64,000 nt of DNA from Gracilinanus agilis (Eukaryota), in assembly GCF_016433145.1 (NCBI RefSeq), contig NC_058131.1, forward strand, positions 551,659,117-551,723,116. The letters are read 5' to 3'. The position numbers and the translations under genes were made by a program. The notes below the pieces were generated by a model. The model searched no databases, had not been told where the DNA came from, and was given only the letters and a program-made list of their open reading frames with translations. Below are positions 19,489 to 31,500 of this stretch, piece by piece (position 1 is the first letter of the stretch; each line of letters opens with the position of its first letter).

Positions 19489-20693
19489 TGATCTTGAAAC
19501 TCCATTCAAATCCCTTCTTTTTTACCCCCCCAAGTGCCAATGTACTGAGCTGAAGGGTTTAAACCTCATGAGACCTTGGTGAGGACATTAGTGTGACCCA
19601 TCCTGAGGGGCTTGATGCCTTGACTGGCACACAAGGTGTTTTGTTTTTTTGTTGTTTTGTTTTTTTGGGGGAGTCAGGGAAGGTGGAAGTAGGGAGAAAA
19701 ATCCCTGGACCATTTTTCTCATTTGAAGCTGTTACAAAGGCCCTTACTCTCAATAAAACTGGGCAGCTGGACCCCCTTTGTCTGCCATGTCTTATCAGGC
19801 CTTGGGTCCCTACCTCAAGTCCTTGTTTCAGTTTATTTCTTTAGGGAGAAGGGGTGAATGGGCCTGTAGAATCTCCTAAGCTCTTCACTGTGTATATCAG
19901 GTGAGTTGATTGATTTGTAAAATGTACTTGGACAGTGCCATAGTTGATCAAACCCTTCTAGTATTTTGCCACAGAATTTTTGCAGCACAATTACCTTTTC
20001 ACTCAGAGGCCTGGATATAGAATCCAGAAGACCTGTGTTCAAATACTGGCTGTCACTTGCTTTCTCTATGACCTTTGATGAAGTCCCTTAATCTTTATGG
20101 AACTGTTTCTTCATCTTTAAAATGAGGGTGCCAGACTAGGTTACTTCCAGCTCTAAACCTCATTTTGTGATCCTAAGACACTCCTTCCATTTTTTAACCT
20201 TAATGATAAAAAAGGGTAGACCTAGAAGTTGACATTTCTCCCTCTCAAGTCTCAAAGGTTTGTTAAATGTCTGATTGGAACCCTATTACTACAGTGTTTG
20301 TGAGAGGGCCACTATGAGAAATGCTGGCATAATGTAATCATGTCCGAATCTTTTAAAGTTTGAAGGAGATAAGCAGAACAAAACACTTTTCTTATTCCCC
20401 ATCTCCTCCCACCCTGTATGCACATTTCTTTAAAGAAAGCACAGGCCAATATTTAAGTTTAAAATACCTTTGCAGACTACAGATGGAAGCCAACCTCTAG
20501 AACAGTCTAGAAGTGACTCTTTCCAAGCTTTCCCTGAGGAAATAATTTCTTTTCCCCTGCTGATACAACTAAATGGGAATGAGACTTTTTGTATATTAAA
20601 AAAAAAAGAGAGAGAGGGAGAGGTTCTGCCTCCCCTCTCCCCACCCCCAACCCTACCCTAATCCCCTCTCCCTGCCTCCTTCCCCAGTCCTAC

Positions 20694-23600
20694 TCAACTT
20701 GCAGCCTCCTTAGCCTGTGTGTTGGTTTGTGGTAGGCACAGAGCCTCTAGCAGCTGGATTTCGTGGGTGGGCCTCTCTGGCTGGAACTTGAGCACCCAGG
20801 GATCCTTGATGATGTCCAGGATGGTGGCCCGCCTGGCAGCCGGGCGCAGTATCGAGTGAATCAGGTTCTGGGGCAGGGGAGAGAGAGGCCATGGCTGAGC
20901 TTGCCCTGAATTGTGCTGCCCAGGAAATGGCAGCACCTGGACCTGAAACAGGAGCAGGACTGCCTACACTACAACCTTGGAGAAAGCATTAGACTGGAAT
21001 TCCCTCAGAATTAATAATGCCCAGAATTAATGCCTGGATAGGGATTGCGGGCATGGAGACATCAGGCTCCTCCAAGGGACTGACAACATACTTCTGCCCT
21101 GAAGCAGCAGAAACTTAAGTTTTCTTAAACTCAATTAATTGCTGATCTGGAATGAGAGGGTTAATTATCTCCATTGGCCTTTCTGAATTCTGTGGGGATA
21201 CGGCTAGTGGGAATAAGTGAGGTCCCTGGAGTAGGTAACAGTGGATGGAGCCTTCCCTTGGCCCTGCTGTGGTTCGTTTTGGATATCTATCCCACCTTCT
21301 ATGGGTCAACCCAAGGGCCCTAGCCCTCCCAGGGGGGCCAGCACCTTGCAGTCCGGAGCGACGGGGTGGTTATGTGGGAAGGTGACCTCCTTCTGGGTCT
21401 CTCGAAGCAGCTTTTTTAGGTTGGTGTCATCGAAGGGTAGATGGGCAACAACCAGCGTGTAGAGAATGACGCCCATGCTCCAGGTGTCAGAGAGGAAAGG
21501 GTTGTAGGGCAAACCCAGCAAGATCTCTGGGCAAGCATAGGCGAAACTACCACAATAGGTCTGGCTGAGGTGAGAAAAGCAGCCTATGAGGTGCTGTAAA
21601 GGGTTCTTCAGGGTCGGGGAAACAGTCGCCACCATCTTAGAAAAGCCGAAGTCAGAAATCTTCACGTTTTCCCGCTTATCCAGCAACAGGTTCTCCAACT
21701 TTAGGTCCCTACCAGCAGCAGAAGGCCTGGGGGTCAGGCCGGGGCTGGGGAGAGGGGTTAGTATTAGGCTGGGAGCTAGAGGGTCAGGGGTCAGAGGATA
21801 GAGGTGGGGGAATGGAGTTGGGTAAAAAAATGAGTAGAGGTGGGATGCTAGAGGGGGAAAACAGGTCTAGGTATAAGGTTAAGAGAGCAACCAGAGGCTT
21901 GGAGCCTGGGTGGCTCTGCATAGTACATTGCATACAATGGGTGCTAGATGCCTTAAACAGATCACTTAAATGGAGTGGGAAGGACTGACTAGTTGCAGAG
22001 AGAATAGGAAGAAAGAAGATAGGCTAGGAGATATGTGTGTGGGATGAGGTCAATGGAAAGAAGGCTAGGAAAGCTGCAGTGAGACCACCCCCCTCTGGGA
22101 ATCAAAAAGTTCCAGATGGCAGTGCCCTCACCGGTGCACGATGCCCTTGCTATGCAGGTAAGCGATGCCCAGGGTGACCTGGGAGAACCACTTGCCGGCA
22201 AGAGCTTCAGAGCAGGCCCCGTAGCGTTGGATCCACTCAAGAACATCGCCCCCCTGAGCCAGTTCTAGGATCATGTACACACGAGATGTGGTCTCAATGG
22301 CCTGGTAGAAGTTGATTAGATACTTGTGCCGCAAGACTTTCATCACCTGGTCCCAAGAAAAGGAGTTCATCAGACCTGGCAGAACAGGGCTCATGACTTG
22401 ACTCTCAACCCTTTCCTTCCCTTTTCTAGCGAAGTTGTTAACAAGAGCAGTTACTTATATTTATATAAGGCTTTGCAGCTTACAAAGCTCTTTAATCCAT
22501 CTGGTTTTTATCGGAATCTCAAAGCCACCTTATTAAGCAGGGAGAGAGGGAAGGTATTGTCATTTTACAGATGAAGAAACAAGGTTCAAGACTGAGGTGA
22601 TTGCCCATGGTAATACAGCCAGTAAGCAGTGAAGCCCAGCCATCTCACATGATTTGCAGAAGTGACCTAATTGGTCTATTTCAGTATTTTAGACTCTTTT
22701 CCTTTGGCTATAGGAGAAGGGGGGGTGTATTGGAGCTGAGAAAGGGTTACACATCACCTGGGATGAGTAGTGTTTGTACCAAATACTTCTTCCTCATGTT
22801 CCTTTGACCCTTTGCAATCGGGCTTCCTTCCATTTCAAGCCTGCTATTGAAATCGTTCCGGAGGGTCCCAAGTCACCTCCTCTATATCACCAAATCTTTT
22901 CTTCTTGGTCTCTTTTATTCTTTGATAAACTCATTTCCACCCAAAGCTTCAAATATGGTCTCTCTGCTAAGGGCTTTTCAAGCTCATCTCCACCAGAATG
23001 TCCCATGTCTTTAGACTCAACATGTCTAAAGTTAAGCTTATTACCTTTTCCTCTACCCATTCCTTCTTCTGACTCACTGTTTCTGCCTGTGGTTTTATCC
23101 TTCATTCTGCCTTACATTTTCATAACCTTGGTGTTATCTTATGCTCCTCTCTCACCCACCTTCTAATTAGTTACCAAATTATTTTGATTTCATGTGAGTA
23201 CCACTGTTGGATCCATTTTCTCTTCTCTATTACTATTGCCATTATTCTAGCACAAGTAGGAACATAATCATCCTATAAGTCTCCTGAAATAGCCTCTAGC
23301 AGGTCTTTCTGAATCTACTTCTCTCCCTCCCCACATCCTATCTTTCATTTTACTGTCAGAATAATATTCCATATTCATAGATTTAGTAGTTTGCTCAAAA
23401 AGCCCAAGTGATTATTTCTTCCTGAGGAAAAGTCCAACTCCTTTGATAAACCAGACCCCACCCCATCTCTTTTATCTTACCTAGAATTTCTATCCTTCAC
23501 ACTGAGCTCCAGTTAAAAACTAGTCATCTCTTGCCAAATGTTATGTGCCCTCTTCCTTCCAGTGTTCTCTGGCCCTAGAATGCTCTTCTCCACCCCCAGC

Positions 23601-25496
23601 CTCTCAATTTCCCCTCCATCTTGTCCTGTGGAATTCTTACCCATCTTTTACAATCTAACTTATTAATATAATCATTAACATCAAGTAACGAATGCATTCT
23701 AAGGCTGACAAAACACTTTACCTAATCATCCTATTTGATTCACATAACAACACTTAGAGGGATATACTATGGATCTGGTCATCCCATTTTACAAATAAAC
23801 TTAAAACCAAAAAGATATAGTAGTCAGCAGAGGGTCACTCAGCTAATAAGCATCAGAAGCAAAATTGGAACTCAGGTCAGTTCCAAATCCAATGTTCCTC
23901 AGTCATGTAATAATGCATGTATTGTATAATAGGGTGCATTACAGGGACAGCTACCTAGGTTTCACAGTAGATAAGAGTGCTAAGCCTAGTCTAGGCAAGG
24001 AAGGCCCAAGTTCAAATGTAGCCTCAGACACTGACTCTGGGCAAGTCACTCAACCTGTTTGCTTCAGTTTTCTCCAATGTAAAAATGAGAAATAAGAACA
24101 CCTACCTACCAGGATTGTTGTACCAAATAATATCTGTAAAGCACTTAGCACAGTGCCTGTACATAGTAGGTACTATATAAATGTTAACTATTACTATAAT
24201 CTTCCATATTTATGTTTTGTCCCCTACTGAGTAAGCTCCAAGAAAGTGGACACTATTTCATGTATGATAATAAGTATATTAATGTGGTATGAAACAATAT
24301 CCTATAGGAGGTATAAGTCACCAGGTAATTGCTGGATAGAATTGGAAAGACTTCCTGGAGAAGGTGACTTTTTAGGAAAGCATCATACCTTGGAAAGAAT
24401 GCTGGTCTTAGAATCAGGAAATCTATATTGGCTTATGAATATGTTGAATGAATGGATCATAGATGTGGTTCAGCCCTGGGTGGGAGGGGATTCTAGGTCA
24501 TCTAGTCCCATGTGATAAAGGCCCCAATAGCCTGACCCTCCAAACTTGCCTCCCTTTCCCATCCCCACCTGGATCTCACGGGGCAGGAACTTGTTAAGAT
24601 AGTCCTCAGAGGCTTTCTTTTTGGAGATGATCTTGACAGCAACAGTCACTTTTTGTTTAGTGTAGAAGGCCTCATAGACCGTGCCATAAGAGCCATTACC
24701 AATCACCTTGCCTACTTCATAACCATACTCTTCCAAAACAGAGCGGTAGACCACTTGGGTTGTTGGTGGTGCTTTTGAAGCCTCAGTGACATCCCCTCGC
24801 CCTTTGGTAGTAGCAGTGCCGGGCGGAGGGGCACGTTGGCCTGCGGTGGCTTTGACGTCCAGGGAGGCTGACGCCCTTGGCCGCTGGGGGCTGCGGCGCC
24901 GAAGTGAGGCCGACCCCCAAATGCTTGCCTGTATATTCACCCCAGCTGGGGCCACAGGACTATGTTTTCTATTAGGAATCTGGAGGGGGATAGGAAGGAG
25001 GAGGGGTGGACTGCTCTTTTTGTCTCCAGTAGTTGTTGTTCCTTCTTCCTCCTCCTGGTTACGGAATGCCCCCAGTTCCCATGTTCCGCACACATCACAA
25101 TCTGTTCACTGCCCACTTACTGGCCACAAAGCTTAAGGATAGAGCATGGCTTGAGAACTTGCAGGGGCCTTCCTCCACTCCAGGTGAACTATCTCCATAG
25201 ATCCTTACTCCTGTGTGTCAGGTCTGTGATAATCCACAAGTAGTGATCCAGGTAGTCATTATCAGTCATCTAATAGGGCCGTGTTGGTGAACCTATGACA
25301 CTCTTCCAGTGTAGGCTTCCTCCTTTCCCCTCTCCACACAAGCATGGCAACAATTCTCACATCACCCACCCTTCTGCCCAGCAGCCCAAAGGGAGTGCTT
25401 CCTCCTTCCCTGTCTAGGGTAAGGGGGTGGGGAGTGGGGTCTTACATGTGGCATGAGGGTTGTAGTTTGGGCACTCGTCTCTAAAAGGTTTGCCAT
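20694..25496 (-). CDS. TSSK4: Testis-specific serine/threonine kinase 4, proposed 404 aa. Exons 25496-25446 (proposed), 24979-24569, 22346-22132, 21708(alt 21744)-21345, 20867-20694
   Basis: Kinase motifs intact: GNGSYG, VAVK, REIQ, HRDLKLEN, DFG, SQTYCGS, YACPE. The four kinase exons are unambiguous. The 5'-most exon is inferred because no in-frame ATG exists in the exon carrying the Gly loop. Confidence 0.93.
22900..23700 (+). mobile_element. L2 LINE fragment
   Basis: ctcaacatgtctaaagttaagcttattaccttttcct and other degenerate L2 3'-region segments; boundaries approximate. Confidence 0.6.
23960..24205 (+). mobile_element. MIR (near full length)
   Basis: ccaagttcaaatgtagcctcagacactgactctgggcaagtcactcaacctgtttgcttcagttttctccaatgtaaaaatgag...aagcacttagcacagtgcctgtacatagtagg. 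Confidence 0.8.
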
Positions 25497-27329
25497 CACT
25501 GTTATAGGGGCTGGGGAGGGAATAAAAGCTATTGCAGAATTATACTGTAGAAAAAGTCTTCCCTTCAAGGTAGCTCTGTGGGGTACCTTGGAAAGTTGTG
25601 GCCTTGGGAATCAGAAGAATGGAGTTCAAGTCCCAGCTCTACTGTTTTAACTGCCCCCTCTGGGTTTTAGGTTCTTCAGCTATAAAATTAGGGGGTTATA
25701 TGACATGCAGTCTTGGGTCCCTTATACTCTTAACTTTCTCTTTTTCCAAGAGCAGCAGACCCCTTCTATCTCCTCACTCCTGCTGGAAAACTACACATAC
25801 AGATTACAGTATAAGTCATGAGGTAACATTCTAATTATCTCCTAAAAAATAGTCTGTTCCTAATGGATCTAGAGCCCTAAATTCTTATGCTGGTCATATT
25901 TCCAAATCCAGAAAATAGGTCATTCCCCAGGGATTATTACAATGAAAAAGACCCACTAGGACCTCTCCAATTTTCTTCTTGGGAACAAGGTCTCTAAAAA
26001 TGAAGTAATCCTAGGCAAGAAGAAGGGTAGTAATCACAGTTAAATCTAAGATCTCACTAAGTGAAAAAGTCTCACTCATCTCAGAAGACAATCTTGCTTT
26101 CACCATATGTACTACGGGAGGGAAGTCTGGATGATTCTGTGGGTAATATGTCTCCAACCCTTGGCTGGTTTTATAATAGCTGTCATTTGTTTAGGAAACC
26201 TTCATACATGGAGAGCTGAAGTCTGCAGGTAGAGTTACTAGGATTAGGCTGGAAAAGGATGCATGTATATGGGTAAGTTGAATTTGAGGTTCTGGTTTCC
26301 CCCCCCCCCCATTAAAAACCATTGGCCCAAAGCATTTCACTTTGGCATCTCTTTATTTCCATGAGTAGGGGGCGAGGTTGTTTTGTGAGTGGTTTGAGTT
26401 TTGCAGAAAAATCTCAAGTTCTCCCAAGGGCAAACAGTACCTGGGAGTGGTTGTGCCACTGGGTTCCTCTTTCTAAATAAAGTTCTTTTAAGAGAGGAGA
26501 GCCAGCACTAGAGTGCATCAAGGTTGAAGCAGTTTTTCCTTTCTCTCATCTTCACTATCTCCAGCTTCTCTTTTTAACCTACATACGGTGAATTCCTGCG
26601 AAGTTTTTCCTTCTTAAGTTCCAGGAAGGAAAGGATACTCAATGCCCCAAGCTATTTTCATGGTATTTGATTTGGGCATGGCAGTGGTGGTGATATTGAA
26701 TCTTTTCTCTCTGGAATGAGATTGTTCTTGGGCTAAGAGAAGTTCACCCCGACCATTGGCCAGGAACATCCTAAATGACCCTGTTGGACAGATAATGTTT
26801 TCTTCCTGGGGATTAGGAATCAATGAGAAGGCAGAAAGAAGTGGCCCCCTGAACCTTGGAAAGAGAAGAGTTCTGGTCAAAGTGACAGGACGGGGAGGAA
26901 TTTGGCTTAGGCTTTCCAGGCAGCAGTTGCCTCCACTTTCCCTTCCTAGGGCCCTCCTCTTCAAAACACTGGAGATCTTTATCTCTCCTATTCTGTTCTT
27001 CCCACCCCTTTTGTTCTCTTCCATAATATACTGTAGTGCATTTGAGCACACTTCTCTGCTCCTTTATCAGCAATCACTGCATCATATGTGGGGCACGTAG
27101 GATTTCGGTTTAGACTTAGCAAAGGTGGTCAGGTTATGTGACTGTCGGACTTGGAAGAAAACTATCTGGGTTCAAATCCAACCTCTGCTACGAGGTGCTT
27201 AACGTCTCTGGGGTTCGGTTTCCCCGTCAGTCAAACCAAAATGGAAAAACGAATTCTCTTGGTTCTCACTTCTCAGCCTCCTTTGCCTGATCTTCTCTGC
27301 CTGGGACTAGAACTCCTGACAGGCACTCC

Positions 27330-27929
27330 AGAAATGTCAGTAGGGTTGGAGGGGCGTAGTCTGGGCTTTTAGAGTCTTTCCCACAAATCCGGGTGTAAAG
27401 AAACTACATGCTGGTCCTTCGCTGACCCGGGAAGCGGTGCCGTCAGCCCAATGACAGGGCCTCAGCCCGAAGCCACTAGCCTTCCGGACCCAGGGACGCA
27501 GGCCTTGTAAGCTCAGCTGGGCTCCTGAAGCCCCAGCTGGCTGCCGCGGTGTGTGAAGTCCCCGCCCTCTGTGGGCGGAAGTCTGGAATCTCGACGTGTC
27601 CTGGGCTGCCCACGCAGCTTGCCGGAAGAACCCCCGCGTTCGGGGACAGGCCGGCTCGGTCTTGATGCAATCCACCTGGAAAGCGCTGTTGGGGTACAGG
27701 GCAAGGGTGGGAGAGAGAAATACTGAGTCAAGTTTAAAACTGCAGCCCCAGTGGCTGCTAGAAACAGGCGCATCCTGGGTCAGCCCCGAGCCCGGCGGTC
27801 CATCGGACGTCAGGACCTCTCCAGCGCTGCTGCCGCTGCTCTGGGAAAGACCCCAACCAAGAGCCCGTGGGCAGCAAGGGCCCCACAGAGGCCGCCGCCG
27901 GCGTCGCCTCGGTCACCCCTCTTGCCTAG
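27330..27929 (+). promoter_or_regulatory. TM9SF1 CpG-island promoter and non-coding exon 1 (donor at 27930)
   Basis: CpG-dense. ETS motifs ccggaagc, ggcggaagtc and gccggaag; GC box ccccgccc; donor CTAG|GTGAGG. Confidence 0.8.
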
Positions 27930-28529
27930 GTGAGGACCCCGGGCCACGGGGTGGGGGTAGGGACCGGAGCCCGAGAAGTTTCTATGGAAACAGAGCGGGG
28001 GCGGGGCAGCGCGAGGGGTTGGGGGTGGGGAAGGGGAGTCGTCTGCTGCTGGCTTGGCTTGGCTGGAGCTGGACGCCCCGCACTGTCTGGGTCGCGCGCA
28101 CCGTAGCTCTGACAGCGAACTTATCCTAGCCATAAATGGGGAGGGAGGGGAGCAGTCTCGCAGGTAGGAACCAGGTCCCTTCATGGGAGGACAGAGGTCT
28201 CACCACTTAGCACTATACATTGGAGCTGTAAGGAGACCTTAGAGGTCATCTAGTCCAGCCATCTCACTTTACAAATAAGGAGACTGAGGCACGGGATGGT
28301 GAAGTGACCTGCCCCGGCCCAGATGGTGAGTGATGGATTTGGGACTTAAAAGTTGGAAGCGCTGTGGAGAGTAGCCTCATCCACCCTCACTTTGCAGGAA
28401 GAAGATACAGCCAGAACTCAGTAATGGACTACATTCTGCCAGTGCCTGGAACACATGTGGGGGGAACAGAGGATTGGGCTAGGTTTGTGTGACCCAATAA
28501 CTTTTCCACCAGGTCAGGCTGCCTTCAGG

Positions 28530-31500
28530 ATGACAGCTCTGGGCACCTTTCAAGACAGGCCATGCTCCTGGCTGCCAGTGCTGCTGCTCCTGGGCTTTGG
28601 CCTGATTCCTGAGGTGACCAGTGAGACCCACTATCAGCCTGGAGACCCTGTCATGCTGTATGTCAACAAGGTGGGCCCTTACCACAACCCCCAGGAGACA
28701 TACCACTACTACCAGCTGCCTGTTTGCTGCCCTGAAAAGATCCGCCACAAGAGCCTCAGCCTGGGTGAGGTGTTGGATGGTGACCGCATGGCTGAGTCCA
28801 TGTATCAGATACGCTTCCGAGAAAATGTTGAGAAACAGACCCTGTGCCAGATGCAGCTAACTTTTGCCCAGGTCAGCATGTTTATGGTAGTCACTGCTTA
28901 CCTTTTCCCCTGTTAAAATAACACCCCACACATTTATAGCATGTTATAATATTCGGAGTCCTTTTTTTGTCTGTTATACTATCTGATCCTCACAATCACT
29001 CTGTAATGTAGTGAGGGCATACATTTTTATTCCAGTCTTGAAGATGGAGAAGATGAGGGTCAGACATGTGGTGAAGTTGCAAACAACCTAACCCTCACCC
29101 ACTTTACTATGCTGCTGGATTTTTTTTTTTTTTTTTGGCAATAAGGTTCTCTATCTTTCATCCTCAAATGGATTGTTTCATCCAGTAAATAGCAATTGCT
29201 AGCATGGACACAGCACTCAAGTTTTAAAAAGTGCTTTACAAAGATCTCATTTTATCCTTGTATCAAACCTAGGAGGTAGATACTACTATCCACATTTTAC
29301 AGATGGGGAAACTGAAGCAGACATCTGTCTTGTGACTTGCCCAGGGTCAATAGCTAGTAAGTGTTTAAGGCTAGAATTGAACACAATTCCTCTTGTCTTA
29401 TTATTCTGCTCACTCTGCCAACTAGCTATCAAATATTTCCTTTTCTCCGTATCTACCAACTTCCTTCCACATATCCTCTATAGCAAATTCTTCAACTGGG
29501 TATGATTGGAACCATGTAGAAACATGTTCTCATCTTCCTTTCTAATCCTAATACCATATGGTCATTTTCACCCTTCTGAAGCGATCCTCAAGAGAATGGA
29601 ATGGTTATCATATAATCAAATTCTCCTTCCACCCTATTCCTGAGAGGATCTTGTCCAATCCTATCTATCTTCCATAGGTTGAGCAGCTTCGCCAGGCCAT
29701 TGAGGAATTGTACTACTTTGAGTTTGTGGTGGATGACCTGCCAATTCGTGGTTTTGTGGGCTACATGGAGGAGAGTGGTTTCCTTCCACATAGTCACAAG
29801 ATAGGACTCTGGACTCACCTGGATTTTCACCTTGAGTTCCATGGGGATCGAATTGTCTTTGCCAATGTCTCAGTTCGTGATGTCAAGCCCCATAGCCTGG
29901 ATGTGGCACGGCCTGAAGAGCCTCTGGACCTCACTCACACTTATAGTGTGCACTGGTCCGAGACTTCAGCAGAACGTCGGGGTGATAGGCGCCATGGTGA
30001 TGATGGTGGCTTTTTCCCTCGAACACTGGAGATCCACTGGCTTTCCATTATCAACTCTATGGTGCTGGTGTTTCTACTGGTGGGATTTGTAGCTGTCATC
30101 CTCATGCGGGTCCTTCGTAATGACTTGGCCCGATACAATTTGGATGAGGAGCCAACCTCTGGTAGCTCCACTGATGACTTTGACCAGGGTGACAATGGTT
30201 GGAAGATTATCCATACTGATGTTTTCCGCTTTCCCCCATGTCGTGGTCTACTCTGTGCGGTACTTGGTGTTGGTGCCCAGTTCCTGGCTCTTGGCACTGG
30301 TGAGGGGAATAGGATCAGCTAAGGATATCTCCCTAGGAAATGGGTCTATTGGTTCAGCTAAGGACCACCTAGGAAGTGAGGCAATCTAGGGTTCTGGGGA
30401 GGTGGCATGGCCTGGGTATCTCAGGTAGTGGTACTCTCTTATTGGGAAGTGTCTGTTTCTCCTTCCTGAAAAGCAGAAGAGCTACAAAGCATGTTCCACC
30501 TATGGGCCAGAACCACTGACAGAAATTAGTAGTGTCATTGAAGGGGTAGGGTGGGTAAGAGGGAACAAATTCTTCTGTTGGAGCTCCTATATTTGAGTGA
30601 GGGAAAAGCTGACTCCTTTAGGACTTCTAGGATTGGATAAGGAAGATCTAATGCAGGCTTCACACTATTATCCTGTAGGCATCATCGTCATGGCACTGCT
30701 GGGCATGTTCAATGTGCACCGCCATGGCGCAATCAACTCAGCAGCCATCTTGCTGTATGCTCTGACCTGCTGCATTGCTGGCTATGTGTCCAGCCACTTC
30801 TACCGGCAGATTGGAGGTGAGCGCTGGGTCTGGAACATCATCCTCACCACCAGCCTCTTCTCTGGTAAGGACCTCACTCACCCTGGGTTGGGCCAAAATA
30901 TGCTTAAGAGGAGGGTTGGCCTAAGGCAAAATTGTATAAAAGTCAAGTTTGTTTTCTATTATGTCATCCCCTCTAGGATCCTTCCCAGTATTCACATATT
31001 GTATGATAGCTACTGAGAGCCTTTCATTAGAATATCTCAACCAGGTCTGTTCTCCCAGGTTTATTGTCTATGCTCTGAATTTTTCTAGATCCTAGTTCAA
31101 CAAATATGTATTACAGACTTAACCTTGTGCTAGTCATTGTCCTAAGCATTGAAGTCAATTACAGGAACAGGACCAATCAATGGTAAAATAGAAGGTCCTT
31201 GCCCTCAAAATCCTTATGGTTTGGTATATCTAGAAACTAATGTTCTAATCTAAATTTATTAGTGCCATGTCCCATTCCCTCTGCAAGGCATCCTTCTTGA
31301 TATCTTAATCATGGCGTCATAATGGAAAGCCTTAGACTTAGAATCAGGAAGACCTGAGTTCAAATTCTGCCTTACTAGCTTTATGATCTGGCAAGTTATT
31401 TAACCTCCCTCAGCTTCCATTTCCTCATCTGTAAAATGGGGATAACAATAGCATCTACTTCACAGGGTTCTTATAAAGTTCAAACTAGATAATTTATGTA

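Noticed and set aside
24470-25093. The 207-aa ORF taken as TSSK4 exon 1 starting MCGTWELG
   Set aside because: The start is GTG, not ATG. The two nearby ATGs (25095, 25082) are out of frame and end in stops. The first 38 codons include a polypyrimidine tract and acceptor.
27596-28184. Overlapping 120-180 aa ORFs at the TM9SF1 promoter (likewise at 33378-33964 and 51382-52800)
   Set aside because: Stop-poor GC-rich or low-complexity DNA, or antisense shadows of real exons; no domain features.
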